In this document: piece after piece, positions 38,370-53,100 of the stretch | How positions within the stretch are numbered: position 1 is the first letter of the stretch | How the letters are laid out: every line of letters begins with the position of its first letter | Origin: Botryllus schlosseri | Taxonomy: Eukaryota | DNA length: 64,000 nucleotides | Assembly: GCA_051294905.1 (NCBI GenBank) | Contig: CM119372.1 | Span: forward strand, 31,560,001-31,624,000 | Reading direction: 5' to 3' | The notes under the pieces: model-generated | What the model was told of the DNA's origin: nothing | Database searches by the model: none | The model's input: the letters and a program-made list of their open reading frames with translations, nothing else | Translations under genes and position numbers: made by a program

Positions 38370-40432
38370 GTCCGAACACATGCCAGACCCAGTCCGAACA
38401 CATCCAAGACATGATGTCCGAACACGCCCCAGACACCATGTCTGAATGACAACAATGGCCAAACACATCTCAGACACCATGTCCTAATGGCAGCACCTGC
38501 CGAACACACCTCAGACATGATGTCCAAACACGCCCCAGACACGATGTCCGTTTGGCAGCACAGGCCGAACACACCCCAGACATGATGTCCGAACTCGCGC
38601 CAGACACGATGTCCGAGTGTCAATACAGGCCTAACACGCCCAAGACGCCTCAGACACGATATCCGAGTATCAACACAGGCCGAACACGCCCAAGACACCA
38701 TGTCCGAATGGCAACACAGACCGAACACGCCCCAGACACAATGTCCGAGTGTCAACTCAGTCCAAACACAACCCAGACACCATGTTTAAATGGCCGAACA
38801 TGCCCCAGACACGATATCCGATTGGCAGCACAGGCCAAACACACCCCAGACATGATGTCCAACACGCCCAGACACGATGTTCGGGTATCAACACAGGCCG
38901 AACACGCCCAAGACACCATGCCTGAATGGCAACACAGAGCGGACACGCCCCAGACACCATGTTTGAATGGCAATATCACAGATCGAACACGCCCCAGACA
39001 CGATGTCCGAGTATCAACACAGGCCGAACACGCCCAAGACACCATGTCCGAATGGCAACACAGATCGAACACGCCCCAAACACCATGTTTGAATGGCAAT
39101 ATCACAGATCGAACACGCCCGAGACACGATGTCCAACACGCCCAGACACGATGTTCGGGTATCAATACAGGCCGAACACATCCAAGACACCTTGTCTGAA
39201 TGGCAGCACAGGCCGAACACCCCCCAGACATGATGTCCGAACACTCCCCAGGCACGATGTCCGAACACGCGCCAGACACGATGTCCGAGTGTCAATACAG
39301 GCCGAATACGCCCAAGACACCATGTCCGAATGGCAACACAGACCGAACACGCCCCAGACACAATGTCCGAGTGTCAACTCAGTCCAAACACAACCCAGAC
39401 ACAATGTTTGAATGGCCGATCATGCCCCAGACACGATATCCGATTGGCAGCACAGGCCAAACACACCCCAGACATGATGTCCAACACGCCCAGACACGAT
39501 GTTCGGGTATCAACACAGGCCGAACACGCCCAAGACACCATGTCTGAATGGCAACACAGACCGGACACGCCCCAGACACCATGTTTGAATGGCAATATCA
39601 CAGATCGAACACGCCCCAGACACGATGTCCGAGTATCAACACAGGCCGGACACGCCCAAGACACCATGTCCGAATGGCAACACAGATCGAACACGCCCCA
39701 GACACCATGTTTGAATGGCAATATCACAGATCGAACACGCCCCAGACACGATGTCCGAGTATCAACACAGGCCGAACACGCCCAAGACACCATGTCCGAA
39801 TGGCAACACAGACCGAACACGCCCCAGACACCATGTTTGAATGGCAATAGCACAGGCCGAACACGCCCCAGACATAATGTCTGAATACCAGCACAGGCCG
39901 AACACAACCCAGACATGATGTCGGAACACGCCCCAGACACGATGTTAATAAGGTTAGTCATGTTTGAAATAAGGTCAGTCTCGTGTTTGAAATAAGGATA
40001 GTCATGTTAGAAATAAGGATAGTCATGTTTGATATAAGGATAGTCATGTTTGAAATAAGGTTAGTCTCATGTTTGAAATGAGGATAGTCATGTTAGAAAT
40101 GAGGATAGTCATGTTTGAAATAAGGATAGTCGCTATATATTCACTATGAGGTCAGTTGTAGTAGCAGGCACGATTTCCCAGTGGTAACCCAGTCCGGACA
40201 CATCCCAGATCCAGTCCGAACACATCCCAGACATGATGCCCGAACTCGCCGCAGACACAATGTCCGAGTGTGAACTCAGTTCGAACACAACCCAGACACC
40301 ATGTTTGAATGGCCGAACACACCCCAGACATGATGTCCAAACACGCGCCAGACACGATGTCCGAGTATCAACACAGGCCGAACACGCCCAAGGCACCATG
40401 TCCGAATGGCAAGACAAACCAAACACGCCCCA
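38370..40432 (+). repeat. Higher-order satellite array (core CCGAACACGCCCCAGACACCATGT), interrupted at ~39945-40190
   Basis: ~22-40-bp subunits; 126-bp period (38966, 39092; 39588, 39714) and 622-bp period (38751, 39373). Confidence 0.95.
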
Positions 40433-40669
40433 AAAACTTCGCTATCTTGTGTCGCAAATTTATAAGGTTGAACTTACTTAATACAGCCATAATGCACATT
40501 TTACCTCATTTTTACGTGTCGCAAGCACTAAAGCACAAGTATGTTTTGCAATGTAGTCAAATGTATTGCAAACAAGAATATTCATGAATGCTAGCTAGAA
40601 AAAATCTCAAGATCATGCGTTGTCGTGCATATTTCTCTGTAGTCTGTAGGAGTCGACACCATGCGAGTG

Positions 40670-41100
40670 CGTTCAACGCTTCCAGTTGAAGTATTTCATC
40701 AAATTTAGCTCGATCTTCCTCGTCTGAATTGCTAGATTGTGAAGGCAGAGGCAGGCTATTGTCACAATTATATTTTGAGGTTCTTCCTTGAATATAGGCA
40801 ATGTGCGAGATATTTTTTCAACACCGAAAGCACTGTGCTCTATGCCAGAGAGGGTAACATTATGTATGAAAACAATAGTGACTTTTTTTCGGTCAATGTT
40901 CTTGGGCATAATAGTGTCGTGAATAAGTAAGTCCTCAGTGGATAGTCAGCATCTCCAAAAGCATAATCTTCATTATTTAATATTAATATGCCAAAATGCT
41001 GGGCAGTTGTGTCTTCAAAAATCGGAATCGCAGTCGCACTATTTCTTCGAATACTTTGCGATAACGTACTGAATATCTGCCAGATACTTCCTCGGGGTTC
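40670..41100 (-). pseudogene. PIF/Harbinger (HARBI1-like DDE) transposase remnant
   Basis: FGDADYPLRTYLFTTLLCP and IEHSAFG fragments resemble the GDSGYPL...IERAFG motifs. Confidence 0.65.
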
Positions 41101-42957
41101 TGTTCTGATCACCCGTCCGTAAATTTCAACAACTATAGCAATTTCATATTCCTTTACTGCTTCGCTTTACTATACAACATAAGCAAGCAACTAAAACAAT
41201 AACAATCTGGCCACAAATATCCTGCGGTCTAAACCAGGGCTGTCAAACTCAAAATTACGTCGCGGGCCGGATCCAAACATTCGAAATGCTCGCGGGCCAC
41301 CGGCTTCGCTTTTTACTTGAACATCTTATTACCAAGCTAGCAAGAATAAGTATAGCAACACTTTGATCGCGAACAATGGAATTGACGATGATGATTGGTT
41401 GGTTGAATTATAGAGTATGACATACTCTATAGTGTAATGCACTTATGAACCGCTGCTAAAACAGTGGCGGTAACGACGATACAAGTTCACTTATTTATAT
41501 GCTCCATTTACTTGAGTCGTAATATGGCGTTAACCGTATGTATGCGTTGTGAGGATTGAGGAATTCAAGAGATTGAACTGTAAACGCGGACTTTTGAATT
41601 TGTTGTATTTAATTGTATTATTAAATCACGATTCAGGTTTCTCTACATTCCGGGGACCTTTTGAGTCAGAAATGATACAGCATCGCGACCATGCACTATG
41701 ATATTATAATTATAGTTTTGTGTAAGAGTCGTATGAATTGATTTTATCATTATATATATATATATTTACCTATTAGACTACTTTGGTGGACAGTCCTGTT
41801 TTCGAACCAGTTGGGCGACAATACGCGCCAACAGAAGGAGACAAGCTAGACGACTAAAAATCTCTAGATTAGTTTTGACATATGGATTCCGCGCGTGCTG
41901 GTCACTGGAAATTAGCAGTTTATATCGCAGCGTTTAGAATATACATGAAATGTCCGCCAACTGCGGTCGCCCTAATTTTTTGACAATTTTTGCAATACCT
42001 AATAGACCACTTCAGTGGACATTGGACACTTAGGGAGACATTTCGCCATTTTGAGTAATCATGACCATATTCGTTACCGAGCCAAGATGGGCATTATCGT
42101 CGTACTATATGTTAAGGGTTGGGAATCAGTTTCGTCAAAGGAGTCATACCAGCCCCTACATATTCAATTGTACCTCCCAAGAAGTCATACACCAATGGCA
42201 ATCAATTTTGACGTCACTCTTTGGAATTCACGACGTCATCGTTGAACGATATCGATGATCACTATATAGAATTCGTTGTCTGCGCCATATCTTTTCGTTT
42301 AAAAGCTGTTGTTAAAATACGGAATATTTGTCTTTATACAGGAAGCTACAGTTGTCAACCCTGCAGATTAGATCACCAGTTCTCTACGGCTAGTATGCAA
42401 ATAACTACGACATTCAATGGCTACCTTGCTGCGATAGCAGATCTCAGTTACAATGAAATAATAAATATATTCGTTTATTATAATCGGCCCTATAATATCC
42501 ATCGGAAGCTTCTTGTTTCATGGACTTGGAGTGTATTAGCAGGTATAAGGCAATTTTCGGCTTAACGTAAGGCACACTTTTTGATCCATTATTACTAGTG
42601 CTGCAAGGCAGAAACCTTCGAACAAAGACCACTCTAACATGTCTCTACCTGCTATCTCAGACTCTCGTCATGTTAAAGCCGCTTCAAATTGTAAGGAGTT
42701 AGTTGTTTACCGTACAAACTTCGCCACGAATTCATGTTTTCTCTTTAAAAACCCCACAACAGATTACAGTGAGGATTGATTCGTGATAATCGTGGTACTT
42801 GATAATTGCTAACTTCCATTTGTTTAAAAGCCACACGTCAACTTGTTCACTGTTCAGTACAGGGGTGTTCAAAAAAAACTTTTTTCTCAAATTTCATCGA
42901 CTTAATTGTCAAATCGTCAGGTTACCTAAAAACGTTGTACACCATTGCAGCCAGTAG

Positions 42958-44602
42958 AAGCCGAGGTCAGTCAAATTGAAATTTCGGTAATTTTAGAAAT
43001 ATTAGTATTTGCGGCGACCAATTTCGTCACACGGTGACGACTGAACATTGGGTTTCATGTATGCCTGAAGAGGCAGTGATGTTTTTCCATTTGTTTTGAT
43101 CTGGACCTGTGGTGTGGAGTTTGGATGAAGACATCGCAAATATACGAAAAAAAGATATGTTAGGGATTATCTGAAAATTAGTCCACTTCATTAAAATAAC
43201 TCCGTTAAAAGGGTGGTGAGATAATTTTTTGAAATTAAGGACGACGAAAATGAAATGAACTGACAAGCAAGTAAAATATGGGTAAATATATTTCTCAAGT
43301 TATAGTAACATAGTATTTTTTATCCGACCAATTTAGATTTCATGAAATCCATCCCAGTTATGCAGGGCACACCGATGTCTCTCTTCCTTGATTCGAAGTT
43401 TTTACTGATTGCAAAGTCACCATTCCCAAAATCTCATCCACAGAGACATCAATTGCATTCCTCAGCAACTCTTCAAATATTTCTCTGCTACTTGACATTG
43501 ACCGATCCAGGCCGTAAAATGATACCGATTGCAATTGAGAATGGGCTATGCCAATGAATGGTATTTATGAGTTGAAAAAGCATTTATGGTACTTCACATA
43601 AGCGTTGATACGAGAGCTTTGTATGTGCTGGAAACTTTGCGATCTTCAGGGAAACTAAACGGTAACCCACTGAGCTTATAAAGCACATTAGATATTTTCT
43701 GGTCTTTCAATATCACCAGAACCCCCTTCTTGTCATAAAGTAATAAAAAACATTAGTGTTTTAACACGATATATGGATACAATTAGTTATTAGATGGTAT
43801 TCACCGAATGTGGAGGATGACATGAAGAAAGGACGATGATTTTTGATAGGAATAAGATCTGTCACGATGCCCATATAGTCTTATAATCCGCCTGTAAGAG
43901 TACTATAGGAGTGCTGCAGAGCAAATGATAGAATATCATAAATATCAAATTGTAGAAGCAAATTTGTGCGGCTATCAACACGTAATCTAATTAGTATGTG
44001 TTTGTGGCCGCTGACTTGCAAATTGAATTTGCGAATTGACCAATGTACTCCTGAAATGCTTCGCAAACGTAAATCGGGAAATGCACAAATGCCGCCCAAA
44101 TCGCTGTTTTAATCAGCAAACAATTGTCACGATGCGAGTTGGTCAACGCGAAGCCAGAAACCGCAATAGACAATTACTGATTGGCAGTGCGATTTCGCGC
44201 TTGTAATCATCATTATTGTCTGCTTGAAATATTCGAGAGTTGTCGTGTGTTACTTGCAAGGCCAGTGCGTAATGTATTTCGTAAGCATACGTGGTCGTGA
44301 ATTTCAGTGTGTAAAGTAGTCTATTGGAAAATTATATCACCATCGTTTCAACGTGTCGATTTCAATGAAGTGGACTAATTTCCAGCTAATCTGTATCATA
44401 TCTTTCTTTCATGTATTAGCGATATCTTCATCCAAACTCAACCATAGGCCCTTGTCAATATCAAAACAAGTGGAAAACCATTCCTGCCTCTTCAGGCATA
44501 AATGAAACAGGATTTTGGTGATGTCGGTGTGACGAATTTGGTCACCGTAAATACTATTATTTCAAAAATTACGGAAATTTTAATTTGATTGACCTCGGCT
44601 TC
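42958..44602. mobile_element. Non-autonomous DNA element with ~240-bp diverged inverted repeats
   Basis: 42958-43200 is the reverse complement of ~44380-44602. Confidence 0.7.
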
Positions 44603-47600
44603 AACCCAGCGCGAAATCCAGCAAACTTAACCCAACATTCGCCCGTATTCAGAGACACGCCTGGATCTCCAATTCCATCTGGAGAGTAAAGGGTTAATGA
44701 GAGCATGGCGAGATGAGATATCGTAGTCAGTGGAATAATCCGCAACCGCAAGGCTGCGGTTTCGAAGCCGACCGAGGTCGACTTCAGAACTAGTACTAAG
44801 GTGTCAAAGGTTTATCTCGGCTCCTACGCACCATCTCATTCGCGTTATCGGTGATCTGATGTCGGCCATGTTCAGATATGTGCCAGTGCCTTTCGCAGAT
44901 GAAACACATTTACTTTGCTTTACCGACTCGAAGTCATGAATCTTCACTAATCTATACTAATACTACAACAGTCAGAATGGGTTGGCTTATCCAGCCACCC
45001 ATCTAATCTTAGGGCGTACGTACAGGTACACCAGTCAAACCAGATTCGAAATAGTGAAGTCATGTAATATTGACCTTGATACCGACAGCTCTCCTTCAAG
45101 TGTAGTTTCGTAACTAAAGCTATATTTGTCGCCAATACTACGTTGACTTCGCGTTTTTGTAAGGTATCATAAATGTTACGGGCAATAACCCTGCCCGATC
45201 AATTATAATTACAATTATCAACATGGCCAAAGCTCCAAACCCTGTATAAACTAATCCCAACCTATCTTCATTTAGAATTGCGAACCTCCTTAATTACCTT
45301 GGCGCTTGATGCGGTCATCATCATTTTAACCGAGGTATTGCATGCGACGTGATATGATTTAATAGGCTTCAGGCTCCAGGCTCCGCCTATGTCTGCAGGC
45401 CTGTGCTTCAAATCCCGCACTGATCATAAATGTCATAAAATTCCGGATTCCAGCCATTCATTTATTAAATTGTCAGGTTACTCTAAAAAACACTGCACAC
45501 CAAATTTAGCTCAATTCTAACAAGGATAGGACTCCACAGATCAAATAAGAATTTTCAATTTATTAGGTAAGATTTAAAAAAATCAAATTTTTCTGCCAAC
45601 CCCATGAAACTGTTGAGCTGTCTTCAAAGACGATGCAAAACAAATTTGACTCAATTCCGACCAGTAGAAGCGGGGTTATGTGAGTTTTTCGATCATAATC
45701 CTCGAATTATCCTTGATCGGTGGATCATCCGAGAATTTCACGTTTTTCATAGGCGGGCTATCCGAGGTTCCGTCTCGGTCGTTCACGCCACTGGGCCATA
45801 CGAGGTACCGCTGCGTTCGTCTTCGGGCCCCACGTAGACCGATACCCGATACGATGGTATCGGATTTTTAGCTGACTCGGGATCGGCCTTCAAAAAACAG
45901 TGTATAGCGCATTTTTTACAGTTTTTGAATCACCGATTTCTCGCCAACCGAATATCGTAGCCGGATGAAGCCGGTACCGGCGGACGCGTAATTTGATAAC
46001 GATTCCAACGATACCCAGGAAATGGGGCTGGGACGCGTAGAAAAATTTATTTTACCAAAACTCCGTGATGGTACGCCAATACGGGTCACGTGTATGGTTT
46101 TTCAATCGGTCGGATCAGAACAGAAATCGAAATACCGATTGACAACCGCTGGTCTTAGGGGTTCGACAGAGTTATCTTCATATTCGTCTCGTCGAACTGA
46201 ACGCGATGATATCCGACTCGACGGCGTGGGACCTGGGGTTGGCCCGGTATTGGCGTTCGAAAGAGTCGGTTTTTGTCTCCCAAAGGCTACCGAATTCGCA
46301 AAATATACAGATCGATCAGTAGCCTAGGAATAGCCTACTTTTAACGCAAAAAGTTTGAACATGCCGCCTTTCTTACAGAGATCGGCGCAATTCACAATGT
46401 TGAATTAGCTCGATGACTTTAGTATTGTATACGTACACGCGACCAATTGCGTGCCATCAACTGGTAAGGTCTCATTTCCGCTGTCACCGAGTGATTGAAA
46501 GATTAGTTTCAGGGTATTAGCAGGTTATTGTAAATGGACGTTACTTTGGAAGATGTACTAGCAGATGATTTAGAATGATGCAGAAGATGTATTAGCCGCT
46601 CATGGCCCTCAAGTTTCAAGACAAGTATATTAGCATGAATTCTATAAACACGAATCTTATAAGAAAAGTTTAAGATGCAAGCATGCGTGATGGAGTTACT
46701 TCCCAATCAGTGTTTTCATCGATCGATTCGTTCTGCGTATTGAGAAGTATTCTACATAGCTGCTGAATTCTGCGTACAATAGCGTATATATATTTGGATC
46801 GCCACGCCGACTCCATTTCCATGACAAAAAGTGAGTATTGAATATAGAACGCATTTCTCTTCTGTTGTAAGTGTCATATTTCACGCGGAAGGGTAAATAC
46901 TGGACAGGACAGTCACCAAACGGATGCTGCGGCCTGTGATCTTTCCGTCACTAATTCAATTCAGGTCGTGGTAGATTTTCACTTCGTAACAAGCTTTCTG
47001 ATGCATTTTTAAACGTCTATGTGAGTAGCAACTGATTTAGAATCATCCTTGATAACGTGTTCACATAACTCAATTAGTAAAATGTTGACTGTCCGCTCAA
47101 TATATCTGAGAATATTTTGATCACGTAACGTTAACTTTATATTGTTTCCCCATTGATTTAAAATAATTCAACTAGATACTTTCTAAATATTGATAAATCG
47201 TATTTAAACGCTGTGTGAGAGAGCATATAGTTACGATAACATCCGCCTTTTCGTTTTATTGATTCTTTTTAAAATCCAGCGTGTGGCCTATTATGTAGCT
47301 CAATCTTGGTGGGGCAACCTATCATGTCGCATTTTTGTTTCGCAATTTACTGGAGTTGTGTATCATGTATCATCTCCAAACGTGTGTACTGTGCATGTAG
47401 TCAACAATTTGGCATTACATCGCTGCCTTGTTTTTCAGCCACTGCAAACAATCGAGACGTAGCTGCGGGAAGACACTCCAATGAATTTGCCGTTAAGCAA
47501 TTCTGTGACCGATAAGTGCCTGCGGAGGCTTCATTATAACCAGACGCAGATGTGAATATCACTCCCTAGTCTGCCATAATGAGCAACGACGATGACGTTA

Positions 47601-48840
47601 TACGCTCTGATTACTTCAACATCAGTCAGTCAATATATGTAACTTTGCCCTTGCCTTGGCTTGAACGGACGGGGGTCGTAATTGATACCCGAATCTGACT
47701 GCTTCTTACCGTGTTTTAATATAAGAAAACTAGAATATCTGTACCCATGGAAAGTCTTAATGCAACGTATATAATGTAGGATTGTGGGTTTTGAGCCTAT
47801 ACCGAGCGTTGTAACCGGCGCTTCTAGTGGGTCCGACACTCTGGGTATTTATAGCATATAGCTGATACCACAATATGTTTGATAGCTGTTTGATTAGATT
47901 AGACATTCTCCTGTCGCAGCATTGTGACGTTATGAAATGCCAAACAAGTCAACTAATTACCTATTTGCACTTGGCTGCTTTCCCATCCTATATCGCCACA
48001 TTTCAGCCTGATCATCAATATTTGTTTATGTTAGCTTTGCAGAGTCATTTTATCCATGTATGTGATGACGAATAAACCAGCTCGATTTTTCAATCAACAC
48101 TGCTGCATGGTATGAGCGGATGACATGAGCTATACTTCAGTTGAATTTATTGTTAAACGTACGCTGGGTTGATATCACACGTTTTCAACTCAGATATGCG
48201 TTTCTGGTGACGATGATAGGGTGATTACAATCATTTATGGAATTGCTACAAACTTAGGAAGGTATGGAACGCTGATTGAGGTCACATGGTCCGTAGGCCG
48301 AGAATTACGACGAGATATATTGTTATTATTAGCACGTGTTACTTCGCAGACGGAGAAGCAGTTTCTATGGCGATGCTAGTCGGTGCTAGCAACGAAACTG
48401 GTGTGGATGCGGAAAGGGGATGATTACACCCGCGGCTATATTAGATCACATTTTATATTCATCTGCGTTGACTACTGCATTCTGAGCAATATATTATTCT
48501 TGTATAGGGAAAAGCCATAAATCCAGTGACTGTTACATAGCATCACGCCTCACATTGATACAATCAAGAATCATATATCTATCCGGTGATCGCCAACTTT
48601 GACCGAATGTAGCACTTTTGACCTATGTAATTTCAACTCAGATGCGACCACGTAAAATTTTGTATAATTAATGATTGATTCGGTTAATAGTATTGATAAT
48701 TGCGTATATATTGCTATAAATTTTGTATCCTCTCAGTCCACGTAATCAGATTTACCTGTAGAGCTGAGTGAGGTATTGTCTAGGAATATTCAGGGCACGT
48801 AATTAATAATTGAACAAATTAACATATTCGGGCGGGCCCG

Positions 48841-49209
48841 TTGGTGCAATTACTTAGCTACACATGCAAGTCCAATGACTTGATATATTTCATTCGTTGC
48901 CGAAATGGATGTGGCAATGCCTGGTACGTTGGAGAAACTGGTCATGGTCAACCACTCCATAAGAGAATAAATGGTTATCGACACGATATTTCTAAATGCA
49001 ACAGATCGAAGCCTGTCGATGAGCACTTTTCTTCAGCAGGACACTCAGAAAATGATATGATAATCAACGTGTTGGCCGGGAACATCGAGAACTCAATCAT
49101 GCGCAAGGCCACAGAACAAAAATACATCGACATATTTAACATGTTCCATCAAGGGCTAAATATAGATCGAGGCTCCATGTCACATTACACCATGCGAAGC
49201 TGCAGTTGA
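48841..49209 (+). pseudogene. Penelope-like element GIY-YIG endonuclease (5'-truncated)
   Basis: CKSNDLIYFIRC..C...YVGET....LHKR...H, PVDEHF...GH, R...EQKYI, GLNID. Confidence 0.85.
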
Positions 49210-49427
49210 TATATTCGGCGGGTGTGCATTCAATTACTGTAAACACTCTATCAAATCTCATTTTCAGTGCCACAACTTGCTGTAGCCGTTTAAAATATGA
49301 ACTTCGATTTTCCTGTTTATGACGTCATAAATGTACACATTTTTCTGATATAAAAGTACTTTTGTCTATGATGTCACAATATGCGTATATGTTTGGATTC
49401 AAAATCTTTTGCGTTACTTTCACTTTA

Positions 49428-49464
49428 ACACCTGATGAAGGAGCGGCGCTCCGAAAGCTCGTGT
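49428..49464 (+). ncRNA. Minimal type I hammerhead ribozyme (Penelope-associated)
   Basis: ACAC-CTGATGA-A-GGAGCG(G)CGCTCC-GAAA-GCTC-GTGT: stem I ACAC/GTGT, stem II hairpin, palindromic AGCT stem III; AATAAA follows. Confidence 0.8.
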
Positions 49465-50169
49465 AATAAATATAATTATTACTTTGCAAGTGGACGTTAG
49501 ATAAGGTGTGAAAGCAACCAAGATCTTATTATTATCTATATCGTCTGCTATCGGTTCAACAAATTACTTAGCTACATGTTGTTATTTCTTGACCGTGTTT
49601 TGCTCATTCGACCCCTAGTGGCATCGAGATCCTCGTGGTCGCTCGGTCGACATGGTTGCGATTCTGTGCTATGTCTCCTTGAGGCTTCTCGATCGCTAGG
49701 GAGATGTGTGGCTGGATATTGCATGGTCTGTGCTAGCGTGAATTTCTTTTAGCTGTGGAGCGATTGAGATGGTATGCAGTTTCCGCGTGTAAATCAATGG
49801 CCTTGTTGCCAGTGTCAAATCAGTCCGATGATCCCTGTAGCAGGAGGTGGCTAATATTTCGTTCGATTCAAGGTATAGCAACCGATGTATCAATTGAGCC
49901 CTATTGCAGTAGCTTGGAATGTCTCCGTGACATGTTTTCTTTATTGACGATTGATGAGGTGACATCATTGTGTATGTAATTCAAGTGATCGAGTTGAGGA
50001 TGAAAATGATATCCAACAAGAGATACTGCAATCATAGGCGCAGAGTTACGGGGTGGCGGCGCGGCACAGCCACCCATGACAAATTTATGGGTGGCAGTCA
50101 CCCCATACAAAATGCGTAAACGCCCGCCGTCTGTCAATTACCGAGTTCGTGATATCGCGTAAATGCCAA

Positions 50170-53100
50170 CTATTTACTATTTACCGATACGCGCGCGAAT
50201 AATTGAATACGCAGCTTCGTCGGCGGCGACGAACGAGTGCTTAAAACGCCCTAATTCGTGATTAGTAATCATACAGTCGAAGCAACCTCGTTTACGACGT
50301 CGATTTCGACATGCGTGCGCCGTGAAACCTCATATCTCCTCTCTCGACCAAACGAGCGAATTCACGTTCTACTTATTAAATTGTATTTGCGCGCATATTG
50401 GTTTACACTTTACAGAATAATTCTTGAGTTAGTTTCGTGACAGTCTTTTTAATTGGAGCGCAAAATACGACCGTGAGTTTGTGTATGTCTTCGAATATAA
50501 AGTCATTCCTGCGCAAAGTGAGCATATTCATTACTCTAACAAGGCTTTGCTAACTTTTATCGGGAAATGCAGCAATGCAGCTCAAACCTCGTTGTAATGA
50601 GCAAACAATTGTCGCGATGTCATAGTCGGAACCACATTATGCTGTAAACAAGTTGAGGAATTACGGATTAGATGCTCGCTTTCTCATTTGCTATTATCTG
50701 TAGGCTACTAATTCTTGTCTGCTTTATACATTCGTCTTCCCTCGATGTCACTTGTCAGTGCGCATTGTGCAGTGCACGTCGCTGAATTACCTTGTCAAAT
50801 ATTGATGGATCAAGAGATTCACGGTGGCGCAAATTCTGAATTTATTCGATTAGCCGGAGAGGGAACCTTCCATGTTCCAATAAAATTCATTGCTGAACGG
50901 ACTCTACCGAGCGCAACCATATCGAGGATCGAATTTCAAACCATCGGGATTTGTATTTCTATTGATAAGGTTGCGGCATGCGCCCATATTGCTCTTGCTG
51001 CAATAACACGTGGATAATAAGAATCGCACCATTTCACGATCAAACTCGACTGGATGATCGGGATCTACGTAGGCCCGGGGTTGATATTGACCAGCGCGGT
51101 GCCGGTATTGAAACCCTAGGTGAGTAGCCAGGGAGTTTCTCATTTAAAATTAAAAGTCCCGTCCTTTTGAAATGTCAATTCACTAATTCGTATTGTGGAT
51201 GCGGCGTACCGCAAATTAGCGAGAATCGTTTGCATGCGAAATGGTTCATTGACATCTGATGTGCGCTATCGTCTCTTATTTGATTTAGCGCGTATGCGTG
51301 CAGGCTTGCACGCTATAATCGCTGGAATGAACTATCAGGTGAACCAGGCTAGGCCTGATATCGTTACCAGCCTGAAGTATTGAGCCTACAGCAGGACTGG
51401 CGCATGTCATAACTACGCTGGCCTAAACTATAGCGACTGCTGCAGAGTGCAGGGATCGCATGATTTGCCTGCTATCTCTACTTATGCGATCGTTAAGGCT
51501 AATTCACACATGCACGGTTGCCGGCCACGATTTTTGCCGTACGGTTTTCCATCGTACGGTCGTACGGCCGAATTGCCGTGGAAGTGTTCACACATGCACG
51601 ATTCGTTCACGGCGGCTGTCGCCACGGCTATCGCACGGTCGATTTCTTCGCTTTTTTGCTGCCGTACGGAAAGTTGGATCAAACGAACTTTCCGTGGCTA
51701 TCGTTGCTGCCGTGAGCTCAGTCGAAAGTGTGCTCCTATGGATTTAGCAGCTTGTCGAGATGAATGCATTGGATAAATATCGAAGGAGAGTGCTACTATG
51801 TTGTGTTCAGGGTGTATATTGGTTGTACGAAGAAATATGTGATATGAGAAGGTGAGTTTACCGGTAGGATGTGTAGATAGATACGTACCAGACGGCATGC
51901 CGGTATGATGGTACTGCCATGCAGTAATCTGCACTCTGCAGTAGTAATCAGTCGTTTTGTTATGTATGCTCGCCAGTTGTGGTTATTCTATATTACTATG
52001 CGATGAGTGTTTTGCGTCTGGCAACGATATTGCGATCAGGCTGACTCAGTTGCACGTGTTTCTACACCAGTCTGTTTTCTGCATACCTGATAAATCACTG
52101 CTTGTGATCACAGGGCTGCCTGCTATTCACTTATTCTGGTTCAATGTGTGTGTCTGATTGTTGAAGGACTGCTACAAGTCATTTCATAACCTTGTTATCC
52201 TTGTATATACGTAGTTGATGTTAATTATTTGCATTTGACATTTTAACCTAGAATTCCATGTCCTGTGTTGTGATTATCATGTAGCAAATGAGTACCTAGT
52301 TATTTGATAGAAGCTGGTAATTTATTCCTGCAACACTATTTCATTTTATCAACTAAAATGAGTTCATATTCATATTATATTGATGCATGCATTTTTACTA
52401 CATAATGGTGTCTTTTCAATCTTACTACATCTGTTTACAGAAATTGTACTCTATAATCCTTTCCACTACTAAAAAATCAGGCCAGTTGTTGATGACAGCC
52501 TACCCTACATCAGCATCAATTGCTGATGTACTGCAAACATCTGGTATGTCCATTTCCATTCATTACTAATATTCATTTTAGTATTACTGCTGTAATTTCA
52601 TTCAGTGGGGCAAGTGAAAACTCGATGGTCGACTTTAAGGAGCAATTTTTGGGAAAGGGTGAAACATATTCATTTACTCATAGTTGAAATGCTGCATTTG
52701 CATAAGATAGAACGTCATACTAGCAGAAAATGTTTCTCGCATCCAACGCAGAAAAAAGGTCGTGATTAAGTATAAATTTTTAGCTTCTTTGTTGACCATA
52801 CTCATCTGTCGATCTGTGTATCACTGTTGCCAACCTGCCAGATATTGAAAAAGTTCACTACTCTGATAAGTTTGATTACTGCAGCAGAATAAGTTGAAGC
52901 AATGATTGGTTGAAGTGACAACATCAGATATTGTGAATTGTGGTGAATCTTTGCATGAAGTAAAATTCCTTATGGTGTATTGAATTTCAAAGGCATTGCT
53001 GTAAAATAAGCATTCAAATGTTTTAATATTGGGATTTAGAAACCACTGCCAGAGACAAATGATGTGAAACCAGCTGATGTGTAAACTAGCACTGCTACGT

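Noticed and set aside
38370..39945. Repeat array superficially like CRISPR
   Set aside because: The intervening sequences are themselves repeated (higher-order periods) rather than unique spacers; no cas genes; eukaryotic context
38330..40587. Many overlapping Cys/His-rich ORFs on both strands
   Set aside because: They are translations of the satellite in all frames, with no domain signal
44627..44697. TTAA-CCC...GGG-TTAA 63-bp piggyBac-like mini element
   Set aside because: The inverted match beyond CCC/GGG is weak and there is a single copy; may be chance
50715..52157. Cluster of short ORFs in GC-richer sequence
   Set aside because: No recognisable motifs; they overlap TIR and subterminal regions of non-autonomous elements
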